A stretch of 63,999 bases of DNA, the filler included, from Piptocephalis cylindrospora (taxonomy: Eukaryota), in the NCBI GenBank assembly GCA_003614145.1. It is 25 parts of 25 records of this genome, joined end to end, with 100 filler letters (N's around TTAATTAATTAA, not from the genome) between each part and the next. Parts side by side here need not be neighbours in the genome. Positions count along the whole stretch, not along the records: positions 1 to 2,532 come from KZ988932.1; positions 2,633 to 5,152 come from KZ988933.1; positions 5,253 to 7,771 come from KZ988934.1; positions 7,872 to 10,388 come from KZ988935.1; 21 more parts are not named here. One strand, given 5' to 3'. The position numbers and the translations under genes were made by a program. Below the pieces are notes generated by a model, which was not told the origin of the DNA, ran no database searches, and was given only the letters and a program-made list of their open reading frames with translations. The first letter of the stretch is position 1; the number at the start of each line of letters is the position of its first letter. This document shows, one piece after another, positions 1 through 10,488 of the stretch.

Positions 1-1
1 C

Positions 2-1021
2 ATCCATATACCGATACTTCCATAGTTTCATCATGTACTCAACCCATACTCGCTGCGCCAGCTCTACCTTCTCTTGGGTTTTCAAATTTATACACCTCTT
101 ACTCTTCCCTCCGTCTTCCGCTGCTTCTACCGCTTCCGGGGAAATGATTGGGTGCTTACTCGGGATCTCCTTAATACATTGACCTGCCTGTAGCCACTTT
201 ACATCGGAAAGGGACTTGGCAGTCATGAACTGAGGCTTCACTAACCGGATGACCTCCTCCAGCGAGTCTCGGTTATACTTGGACACATCCACGTATTCCT
301 CCATCGTGAGAAGCCATAGAGCTCTGCCGTAGCACTGTCGTTTTGATCTAGTCTTCCCTATCACCACACTTACAGCCTCCCAGTCCGCCCTGTTCTGCAC
401 CAAATGAAAGATGAGGCGCAAATCCTCAAACAGGGTCCACCGTTCCCGGAGCCGAGTGTCACATTTGAGCTCCACAGCCCTATCCTGGTATTGCCGCATA
501 GTTCGAAAGTCCCGTCTTGGTCTCCACTCCCCGTTTTTCTTGGGTGCTACGGGCACGCGCTCCTGCACGTACTTGACCACTTCCGCCCAATCCACGCCAA
601 ACCGGTAAACAGCCTCGCGCAATGCCGCGTCCTCTTCAGCCGACCAGGGGGATTTCCGGGGTGAGCGCTCAATGGACGCTTCCTCCGCCATTACGAAAAA
701 TCGTTGACGCACTGAAGGCTGGCTTCGACCCACGTTCTGGCTAATCACCTTCCAGGTCCTACCCTCGTTTCTCAGTCGCCTAATGGTCGCATCTTCCTCG
801 GGCGTAAATCGCCAACGTTTCCCCGTCGCTATGCTTCCTGAGCGCGGGAGGTTCAGGGGGACGTACACATTTGTCGCATTGGGCTGGGAAGGCTCTGGCC
901 ATTGAAGGTCTTGGTCTAAGGTCAGTGAGTCCTTCCAAGTGTGAGGACGCGTTTTCAATGCACATCGACCGCGGCCCAAAGAGGGTGACCAAGACGTTCT
1001 GAGAAACTTTGAAAGTATCAT
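2..1021 (-). CDS. Myb/SANT three-repeat DNA-binding protein, 3' truncated by the window edge (absent from ORF track)
   Basis: Hand translation from ATG 1021 is open to the edge: RFTPEEDATIRRL..RTWKVISQNVGRS..VRQRF / PWSAEEDAALREAVYRFGVDWAEV / RWTLFEDLRL..DWEAVSVVIGKTRSKRQCYGR. An upstream exon is possible. Confidence 0.8.
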   Translation of the reverse strand, partial: MILSKFLRTSWSPSLGRGRCALKTRPHTWKDSLTLDQDLQWPEPSQPNATNVYVPLNLPRSGSIATGKRWRFTPEEDATIRRLRNEGRTWKVISQNVGRSQPSVRQRFFVMAEEASIERSPRKSPWSAEEDAALREAVYRFGVDWAEVVKYVQERVPVAPKKNGEWRPRRDFRTMRQYQDRAVELKCDTRLRERWTLFEDLRLIFHLVQNRADWEAVSVVIGKTRSKRQCYGRALWLLTMEEYVDVSKYNRDSLEEVIRLVKPQFMTAKSLSDVKWLQAGQCIKEIPSKHPIISPEAVEAAEDGGKSKRCINLKTQEKVELAQRVWVEYMMKLWKYRYMD

Positions 1022-2632
1022 CACCTAGGAGGAAGGAGGAGTACGTGTATATGCGTTGAGGATGAAAGGACGAGCGAAGCTGATCCGTCACTGCATTAGG
1101 AAACTGACAGACTTCTGATGTTGTTCTTATCTCACTTGACCCTGAGATGCCACGGCTCAATATTCCGGCCTGTGCGAAATTTAGCTAAATTGCGCAAAAA
1201 GGGAAAATCAGAGGAACTAGCCAAATTTGCCCCTGCCACTCGCCACGATGATAAATGTGGCCAAGCTGCAGTGTCATTAGGTTGAAGGTGTAACCTTTTG
1301 CCCATTGGATGCATATTTTGATGTATCCGTTGAGATATTCCACGGATCATATCAATTTTACCCGAAACAACACCCAAGTCAAGAGATATTCCTAATTTCT
1401 TTGGGTTTAGTCTCTAAGCGCCTTGAGGAAAAAAATTTAACACATCGATGTAGATATGAGCCCAAATGGTATATCGATAATAATGACAAAATCCCTATAT
1501 TTTTCTCTTTCAGGTGGATTATTACTATGCATCTGAACACAGCATTCATCTAAAAACTGGACACGCGTGATACTAGACTATAGCGGGGCCTTACACCATT
1601 AGTCATTGCGGTACTAAAAGTCAATAGTAGCCTTGGAGGGTTATGAGAGGCCAATCGAACTAGATTCCCCAGCGCTTTTCTCAAAGATCACGAGTAATCT
1701 TCACTGTTTATTGTAACTATAAAGATGATTACCCCTCAAAGTAAAAAAAATCACATACACCGTGAGGGTGTATCTGAATATTTCTCCGGGCTCAAGTCAG
1801 ATCCTCTGCTAACACTCTCCAAGGAAAGCTGTATTGCATTAAAGCAGAAGATCGCCCAAAGAAACGTTGAACAGCAATAACAGAGTTAGTTCAATATCGC
1901 TCGTGGTGTGTATTCTTTTCGCTCTCCGGCCTTCTGCTTCCTCTACTACTCTTTAGTAATGCATTGATCGCCTTTTTATTAAGCTTATTTCAATATATGC
2001 GATGGGTACGCCGATTGAATGATTCATGCCAATTCAAATGAAATCACATTGTTCTTCCTCCCCTGCACAGTCATGTATGGATCGTACCCATTTTTCTGTG
2101 CAGTCTATGCCCTATGGCTGCACTCTTTATACCAATCAACCCTTGATGAACACTGATCAGCCATTCCATCTGATAGCATGAGGGAATGTGAAGTGCTTTG
2201 AAGATGCTAATAATACATCATGGGCCATATACAGTGTAATTTTTAGTAAAAATCGCTTACTCTGGCGACAATATTGGCTAAGCATGTCCCTTCTGCATTG
2301 CGCTTTTCATTCGACAGCGGAGTTGCTTTCCTCGGTCAACTGATCCAGACTCCGCCACTAAGTTCATGGGCCACTACTCCACAATCTTATTCAGCTCCTA
2401 TCACTATACACTCACCCTCCGCTCAGCTCCAGGGTCAGAGACTCCGCAGATCTTGTACGGCCCATCCCTCCCCCCCCCTTTCTTGGTGTAGCGTTGCACC
2501 TTATAAGCACACACTCAGGCTCAGCGCGTGTCNNNNNNNNNNNNNNNNNNNNNNNNNNNNNNNNNNNNNNNNNNNNTTAATTAATTAANNNNNNNNNNNN
2601 NNNNNNNNNNNNNNNNNNNNNNNNNNNNNNNN

Positions 2633-3230
2633 CATCCCCAGCAGATCCGACGACATACAGGCCCAGGATCTTGCCGATTTGCCCGACTACCTGCCCGACG
2701 GCCCCAGAGGCGGCGCTAACGTACAAGGTCTCCCCAGCCTTGGGGCTGCCAATATCTAGGAGACCTGAGTACGCTGTTAAGCCAGGCATACCAAGGACAC
2801 CAAGGTAGTAGGAGAGGGGAATACCGGCGATGCGGGCGGACTCAAGGTTAGTAAGACCCTCGGGCCCTTCCTTGTTCTGTGTGACAATATAGGATTGCCA
2901 TGGGAGATTTCCAATGACAATATCACCAGAGGAGACCTTGGAGCTGTTGGATCGAAGGACCTCAGCCACAACACCACCCTCCATGGGTTTCCCAGGGACA
3001 AAGGCAGAGGAGTAGGAGGGAATTTTGGGGTCCCGCATCCTTCCACGCATGTAGGGATCAACGGTGATGTAGAGGGAACGGAGTAGGACACCATTTTCGG
3101 CAGGAATCTCTACGGCATCAAGGTCAAGGGTCTCCTTCTCGATACCAAAGTCTTCATCGATCTTGGGGGCACCCTGAGGCACTTTCTTATAGATAACTTT
3201 AACGTTTTCAACGGTATTGGAAGCCGACAT
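2633..3230 (-). CDS. NADP-dependent alkenal/2-enoyl reductase (MDR, PTGR1/CurA-like), paralog B, N-terminal part
   Basis: MSASNTVENVKVIY..LYITVDPYMRGRM..LGVLGMPGLTAYSGL..VSAASGAVGQVVGQIGK. Confidence 0.9.
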
Positions 3231-4181
3231 GATGTGATATCGTATGTGCACTGGGAGTGAAGAGGAAGATAAAGTGATATCCTGGAAACGCAGTGAGTAG
3301 GATGATAAGTGGGATGGGGTGTAATAGAGATGAGTGTCGCTTAGCCAAGGCACTTCATCGTTCTTTTTATAACAAGCTGAGCCCCCTCCGTGAGCATCTA
3401 ATGAGTTAGAATTGATTAGTGATTAGTAATTGAAAGAATCATGGATCCTTTCATGTCTCATACAATAGAGTTTCACTAGGTGTGTCATCATCACCACTCT
3501 ACTTATCTCATCGGCCCTTCATTTCCCGAATGGGTGTGGTAAGGGTTGCTTGAGGCATCTCTATTGGTCAAAAAGGCTATGTGTGCACACAAAGTATTGA
3601 GTGTGACATTGAGTGCCCAGAGCTCGTGCGAAAAGGGAGTTGAGTTTGTAGGCTGATCGTATATACGAGCCAAGGCAGACGTGGTGTCTTAGTCAGGATG
3701 AGGGGGTTCTTGGTGCCCTCCAGAATGCCGAAAACTGGTCTTTAGCCTTTAGCTTCTTAGTCAGGATAAGATGTTCGGTACTCCACGGCTCCGAAAACTG
3801 ATAACAGGTATTTAGGCTTCTCACCTGGTAACTTGATCAAGATGGGATGCTCGATGTCTTCAGCGCGTTAAAAATTAAGTTATAGCATCTGCCTTCCCTT
3901 CATCCAATAGAGTGTAATATGACGGAATACGCTAGCGGCTTCCATTGTGAGCTAGGGTGATAAGCTGAGCTGCATTCGGGTCCTAAAGCTTAGTCGAGAT
4001 ATTGTGCCATTAAACAGGCATCGGCTTATTCACAACTTAAAAATGTATGGTTCTTTCATCTTGGTTGGAGATAGCCATGGGGAATCATCGATGAACATAG
4101 TGAAAAAACGCTCATTCTATTTTAATGAAGGCTGATGGGCGCACGCTAGAGGTGTAAGATCTCCCGTCTCTCTCCTTCTGA

Positions 4182-4522
4182 TTACAGATCCGCCACCTTG
4201 ACCACGGCCTTTCCTTGGGCGACACCCTCAAGCATCTCCACAAAAGCCTTCGGGGCATTGGAAATACCTTCGGTCTCAGTGATGTGATACTTGAGCTTCC
4301 CCTCCTTAAGCCATCCACCGACATCACGAAGGAAATTGTCAAGGTTATGGGCGGAGTCATGAAAACCGTTGAAGCCGGTCATCGTGATGGATTTGCCAAT
4401 GACTTGGATGAGATTGTAGCTCCCTTCAGGATTTTCCGCACGGTTGTACTGGGAGATCATGCCACAGACAACAATACGTGCCTTGCGGTTGGCGACATTA
4501 AGGACTGCATCAAACATCTTCC
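4182..4522 (-). CDS. C-terminal part of an NADP-dependent alkenal reductase (probably paralog A)
   Basis: KMFDAVL..ARIVVCGMISQYN..EGISNAPKAFVEMLEGVAQGKAVVKV is the family C-terminus; similarity stops abruptly near 4522. Confidence 0.85.
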
Positions 4523-4542
4523 ATCTCGCATTTCTTTCCATC

Positions 4543-5152
4543 ATGTCCAACACTAAAAATACTGGTATCGTAGAAAACATTACAATTATCTACAAGAAAA
4601 TCCCTCAAGGCGCCCCAAAGGCCGACGAAACTTTTGCCATTCAGAAGGAAACACTTGACCTTGATGCCGTAGAGATCCCTGCCGAAAACGGTGTTCTACT
4701 CCGTACCCTCTACATCACTATTGACCCCTATATGCGCAATAGAATGCAGGACCCCAAGATCCCCTCTTACATTTCCGCTTTTGAATCCGGGAGCCCCATG
4801 GTTGGTGGAGTAATCGCCGAGGTCCTTCGTTCCAATGTCCCCACCATTTCCCCTGGTGATATTGTCCAGGCCAACACTCCATGGAAGTCCTATGTGGTGA
4901 CACAGCACAAGGATAGCTTCCATGAGGACATCACCGTTATAAAGAACGCGCGCACTGCCGGCATTCCCCTCCCTTACTACCTTGGTGTCCTTGGTATGTC
5001 TGGCTTAACAGCGTACTCAGGTCTCCTAGATATTGGCAAGCCCAAATCCGGAGAGACTTTGTACGTTAGCTCGGCTGCAGGGGCCGTCGGGCAAGTGGTC
5101 GGGCAAATCGGCAAGATCCTGGGCCTGTATGTCGTCGGATCTGCTGGGGATG
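4543..5152 (+). CDS. NADP-dependent alkenal reductase, paralog A, N-terminal part
   Basis: MSNTKNTGIVENITIIY..IDPYMRNRM..GLTAYSGLLDIG..AAGAVGQVVGQ; close paralog of 2633-3230. Confidence 0.9.
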
Positions 5153-5252
5153 NNNNNNNNNNNNNNNNNNNNNNNNNNNNNNNNNNNNNNNNNNNNTTAA
5201 TTAATTAANNNNNNNNNNNNNNNNNNNNNNNNNNNNNNNNNNNNNNNNNNNN

Positions 5253-6260
5253 AGCGACCGACAACGAAGGTCCCAGAGGCAAATGCCTGCTTCCCCTGCC
5301 CCAAACAAGTTGGGCTTTGGTACTTCCCTCGACCCAGGTATCCTTTCCTCCTCCTCCTCATCCATCTCCTTTTCCCCATCCTCCACTGCCTCCTCGTTCA
5401 CCTTGGCGACCCTTTCCACCAAACTAGGGAGGCATGAAAGGGCAGAAGATCCAAGTCAGAGTCATCTTAGCGCAAGTCACTCTAGTCAGGGCCGTCCGGA
5501 AAGGGAACAAAGAGTCCCGGAGGAGGATGAGCCAGAGGAGGAACTTTTCCTCCTGGACGAAGAAACGGAAACACAACCGGAAGAGAATGAGGAGGATAGG
5601 ATGGATGTGGTGGAGGATGGGGAAGGAAATGGTAAGAGGCTAGGCGGTACACCTCGTAGATCCCCTCCTCCACCCCTCCCCACCTCCTCTCCTTTCAAGA
5701 TGGGTAGGTGGAGGAAGCCGAGTCGGCAAAAGTATGATTTGGATGCGGATGAGGATGACGAGGAGGCTGAGGAAGATGTAGATGACCCTGTAGACCCAGC
5801 TTCTCCCAATTTATACGGATCCTCCCTACCCATCGAGATCCGCCGACCATCGGCCTCCTCTCTTACCTCAAGCTCAGTTGCTCGCAAGAGCAGTCTGACT
5901 GCCGCCATGAACCAAAGATCCAAGGGCTCCACCGCCCTCTCTCCCCGGGCTCTCACCCCTCCTCCGGCTTCTCCCCCCTCCTCTCCTCCCGAAAATGCTC
6001 ATTTCCTCTCTAGAACTCTGATCACCGGAGATCCTCGGGATGAGGCCATGTATGCCCATACCCATGAGATCTCTGGGGCCTCCAGAGAGGGCTCTCGGGG
6101 CTTCATTGCTCCTCACGAGTTCTCCGCCCGCTCTTACGTAGGGGAGCGCGAAGGGCTATGGGGGGCAGTGCCGATGAGTAGCAGTCGAGTGGATTTAGTG
6201 GGGCGACGAAGTAGCCTTCACCGATCCAGTCAAGGAACCCAGGAGGATCAAGTGGAGTAG
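5253..6260 (+). CDS. Ser/Pro/acidic low-complexity protein of unknown function, probably 5' partial
   Basis: Open frame of more than 325 codons; conserved-looking motifs LYGSSLPIEI and FIAPHEFSARSY. Confidence 0.65.
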   Translation, partial: SDRQRRSQRQMPASPAPNKLGFGTSLDPGILSSSSSSISFSPSSTASSFTLATLSTKLGRHERAEDPSQSHLSASHSSQGRPEREQRVPEEDEPEEELFLLDEETETQPEENEEDRMDVVEDGEGNGKRLGGTPRRSPPPPLPTSSPFKMGRWRKPSRQKYDLDADEDDEEAEEDVDDPVDPASPNLYGSSLPIEIRRPSASSLTSSSVARKSSLTAAMNQRSKGSTALSPRALTPPPASPPSSPPENAHFLSRTLITGDPRDEAMYAHTHEISGASREGSRGFIAPHEFSARSYVGEREGLWGAVPMSSSRVDLVGRRSSLHRSSQGTQEDQVE

Positions 6261-6400
6261 ATAGGCAGGGGAGGGAGGGTGGATCCATTTTTTCTTAAAC
6301 GTGTGCATAGTGAAGATGATGTGTTTACTGGTTGGTGTTTAGGAGCATGGGGAGCTGACTTTTTGAATTCAATGGATACAAGAGTTAGAACAATGGATAT

Positions 6401-7771
6401 CTATTCCTTGGGTGGTTGAGTCAAGGGGGTGGAGGATCTGGTGGAGGAGAGGGAGGTGGAGGATTGATGGAGAGGAGACCAGCCCAATGATGTGGATAAA
6501 CGACGGAGTTTTCCCTTGACCTTATCCTATTAATAAGAACGACGATGATGATGAGGGGGATAGTAGGGAAAATAAGTATTAGACCAATGGGACCCAGGCC
6601 TCCCTTCCCTCTTCCTACCTTGAGAGTCTCCACAGCACCATGAACTTCTGCAGCATTGACCCTGACCCGAGTACAAGACTCCACATCGGTGTTACGTAAC
6701 CAAGCCTGAGGATCCTCCAGGTCCTGGAGGGTCCATGGATGAGACTTGATTCGTTGCAGGGGTAGACGATGTTGAACGTTCTTGTTGAGCATCCTGTGAA
6801 GGAGATCAATGAGTTGGTCATCCTCTTCCGTATCCGGGATAGGTAGCCTAGAAAGCAAATGTGAGTAAGCGACAGTATGAGAATGAAGGGGGGGGGAGGG
6901 GGGTCAAACGACGTACGGATCATGCGTAATGGAGTGAAAGAGCTGCCATTCTCCGCGCCCCCACCATGGGCATTGACCATAGCATAGACAATAAAGGGTG
7001 ATGCCTAAGGCCCATACATCGAGCATGTGATTGACAGGCTGATCCCTTCCTTCATCTATGAAGGGATATGTGAGAGAGGAATGGAAGGGCAAGGATGGAA
7101 ATGGCGACTCACCCGATGCGGGACAGCATAGTTCGGGGGAAAGAAAGGCAGGGGAGCCGACAGTCCTTGCAAGTTCCTTATCTTCCTCATCAACCCGATG
7201 CTCTCTTGGTCTTGGTCCTGGAGGGGAAAGTGGAGGTGGAGAGGAAGGATTGGAGAGGAGGTCCATGTCCCATCTGGAGTTATCCTCTTCCCCCTCCTCC
7301 TCTTCTTCGTCATCATCGTCGATGATTTCCTCATCATCGCCTTCAGTGCTTGTAGTGCTATCAAGAATCCCTGATGGATCACCGAGAACACCTGGGGAGC
7401 CACCAAGAGTCACCGGGGATCCACCTACCCTCCCACCGGAGAAATGGCCAACCATGCCCTCTGGAATCAGAGAGGACTCGATGGTAGAGGAGATCGGGAT
7501 CTTGGGGAGGATGTAGTGGTGGGAGGTGGGGAGAGAGGAAGATGTGATGGGATGGTGAGAGGATCCTCTTCTCCCGATCCTGGGAGTATGCATGGTCATT
7601 GGGGAAGATTGGGAGGCTGAGTTGGAGAGAGATAGGGAGGAAGAGGAGGAAGAGGAGACAGACCCGGATCCAGACCCGGAGGAAGGGGAGGGAGAGGAAG
7701 CATAGGGCCGGGAACGGAGATGGGAAACGCCAAAGTCGGACAATTTGTACGTATAGGGTGGGTGAGCTGGA
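6401..7771 (-). CDS. CAMKK/Ssp1/Sak1-like Ser/Thr kinase, C-terminal half, 3 introns
   Basis: KLSDFGVS...ELARTVGSPAFLSPELC, DVWALGITLYCL, LIDLLHRMLNKN..RIKSHPW; GT-AG introns at about 7057-7112, 6848-6916 and 6527-6619; TAG at 6401. Confidence 0.85.
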
Positions 7772-8050
7772 NNNNNNNNNNNNNNNNNNNNNNNNNNNNN
7801 NNNNNNNNNNNNNNNTTAATTAATTAANNNNNNNNNNNNNNNNNNNNNNNNNNNNNNNNNNNNNNNNNNNNCCAGGGGACTCGGATCATCCTTGCTGGTT
7901 TTCTGGATACTCTTCCATTTCGGATCCAACCCACCTACCCAACTGTGCCAAATTGATAAGATGGGGCGCTTTTCCCCTTTCATCTCTGTGTGATTGTGTG
8001 TGTAATGAAAATGACTTGATCTTCCATTTCCCTCTTGATCCCCTTCACCC

Positions 8051-10306
8051 TTAAGCAAGACCATGCCTCTCGGGCTGGATCAGCTCTTCAAGGGACCCCT
8101 TGACTACTTGATCCAGCAGCCTAGCTGCCTCCTCCTCGGACTTTCCCTGCATCTCAATGTAATACTTAATCTTGGGCTCCGTTCCACTGGGTGTGATTGA
8201 AAAAGGTGCGAGCAAGTCAGTAAGAGCGGGAAAAGCACACACACGAATACCTCCATTGTTTCCTCTCTTACCTTGTCCTCAAGGTGATGGCAGCACCGTT
8301 CTCAAGGCGAAAGCTGATCATCTGACCATTCCCAGGAGAGACGGGTAAGGTGGGTTGATGATCGGATGTGGCGGAATCATACCCGACAGTCAAGTCCCTG
8401 ACATGAACCACGTTAGATCCTGCAATAACCTTGGGAAAGGCAAATTCCGACTATGAATCATGGGATGGGATCGGGAGATCAGTCTCGAGCAAAGTCATTC
8501 ATACCTTGACCACATCCCCGACTCACCTTGTCCCCAGAATCCTCTCCATAACGAATCCTTTCAAAGATCTTCTGGATGATGGTGGCGTTGTGACAGATAA
8601 AGTACGAGTTTCCCGTGTGAAAGTGACCATACTTATCACACAGATCCTCGTAATAGTCCCAGACTCCTTGGCCCCTCCCTTCCTGGGCTAGACGAGAGGC
8701 CAATTCGGCGAATCGGGCCAATGCACTGACTCCATCCTTGTCCGGGACAATCTCCCCACACATGAAGCCAATGGCCTCTTCATACGCAAAAGGTACGGTG
8801 TACCCCTGGTGTCGTAGCTCGATGGCCCCATTCCCGATCCACTTGAAGCCTGTCAAGCGCTCCTCAAAGTGAAACCCTTCCGCTTTGGCAATTGACTCGA
8901 GCATTTTGGAGGATACGGCGGAAGCCACCATGGCCAGCCCCTTCCCCTGAACCTTCCCAGAATCCCGTAGATCCTTGACCCAGCCCATCGCTAGCAAAAC
9001 ACCAATTTGATTTCCCGTCAGGACCCTCCAGGACCCATCTAATTGTCGCTCCGCCACGGCAAATCGATCGGCATCCGGATCATTGGCCAAGACAAGAACC
9101 CTTCCCTTTCCTCCCTCCACCGCCTCCTCTGCTCTCTTCATCGCCAAATCCAGTGCTCCCTTTTCCTCTGGGTTTGGGAATGGTACGGTTGGGAATTCCG
9201 GATCAGGAGTACACTTGATGAAAGGCATGAGCGCTACTGATGAAACATAAACCTGCCCCCTTCCACCCCAATTCAAAATTCTTTACCTGTTCCTTGACTT
9301 GGATGGGAGCGGGTAGGCCAAAGGCTTTCATGGCCTTTTCCACATATGGAGTCCCAACCCCATGCATGGCCGTGTACACCAGGGGTATGGGGCATTTGGC
9401 ATTGAGGTTACTGGGGAAGGAGGTGATGATTGATCCTTTGACCCTGAGTATCCCTTCTCATCGTCAAAGAGCTGCTTACCGATGATAAGAGAGGTCTCCA
9501 AGGTCATCCATGTATGAAGCGACCAGAGAGGCAAGAGGTCTCCGCACCAACTCATCCCTATCCACCATATCCTCATCCCAAGTCCATGGGATGGTGTGTT
9601 GGAGGATTGAAGAGGCAATGCCCTCATCGTGCGGTGGGATGATCTGACATGCATTTCCCCAGTACACCTTATACCCATTGTCCTGCTTTGGGTTATGAGA
9701 GGCCGTGATCATGATGCCGCATGCCGCATCCAGCTGCCTTACTCCATAAGGCTACCGAGGAAGATGTGAGTTGGACGATGCCCTTGTCTGGGGGATAAAG
9801 GAATTCCAGCCCCAATGGCAGATACTCACCACAAGAGGCGTATGGACATACTCGTCCAGGTAATGGACAGTGAAACCTCGATGCAGAAAGGCCGCTGCGG
9901 CTAACCGCGCAAAGCGACGCGAGTGATGTCGATGATCGTACCCAATAACCACCCCTCGGCCCACCGCATCAGGTACTACATGAGAAAGATAGGCACATAG
10001 GCCCTGAGATGCCTGTATCACCGTCAAGTCATTCATCCTAGAGAACCCCGCCTCCATGCCAGCTCTAAGCCCCGCTGTCCCAAACACAATCCGCTTTCGA
10101 AGAAGCTTCTCCAAAGTCGCCTCATCCTTGCTCTTGACAAGGTCATCAATGGTCTTTCGCGTCTCTGGATTCTGTGTTCAGGAGTAATTGTAGTGTGAGT
10201 GGAGGAGAAGGGAGAGAGAATGTGTTGCCGATTCCTATACCCTGTCTAGACGTAGCCAATCCTCGGCCAACGTTTCAATGGGAACCTGCTTGGTTTGAGT
10301 GGACAT
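8051..10306 (-). CDS. PGM2: Phosphoglucomutase-2/phosphopentomutase (alpha-D-phosphohexomutase), multi-exon
   Basis: FGTAGLR, catalytic TASHNP, metal loop DPDADR, FAYEEAIG, SGTEPKIKYY. Confidence 0.93.
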
Positions 10307-10488
10307 GGTGTTGATAGGTAGGAAAAGAGGCAGGGGTAGGAAGAGTTGTGAATTGCGAAGAGAAAGAAGAGGAGAGATGGGAGGAACANNNNNNNNNNNN
10401 NNNNNNNNNNNNNNNNNNNNNNNNNNNNNNNNTTAATTAATTAANNNNNNNNNNNNNNNNNNNNNNNNNNNNNNNNNNNNNNNNNNNN

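Noticed and set aside
4444..4542. N-terminal extension of ORF 4444-5208 and of ORF 4182-4580
   Set aside because: Both read through the inversion junction; the real start is ATG 4543
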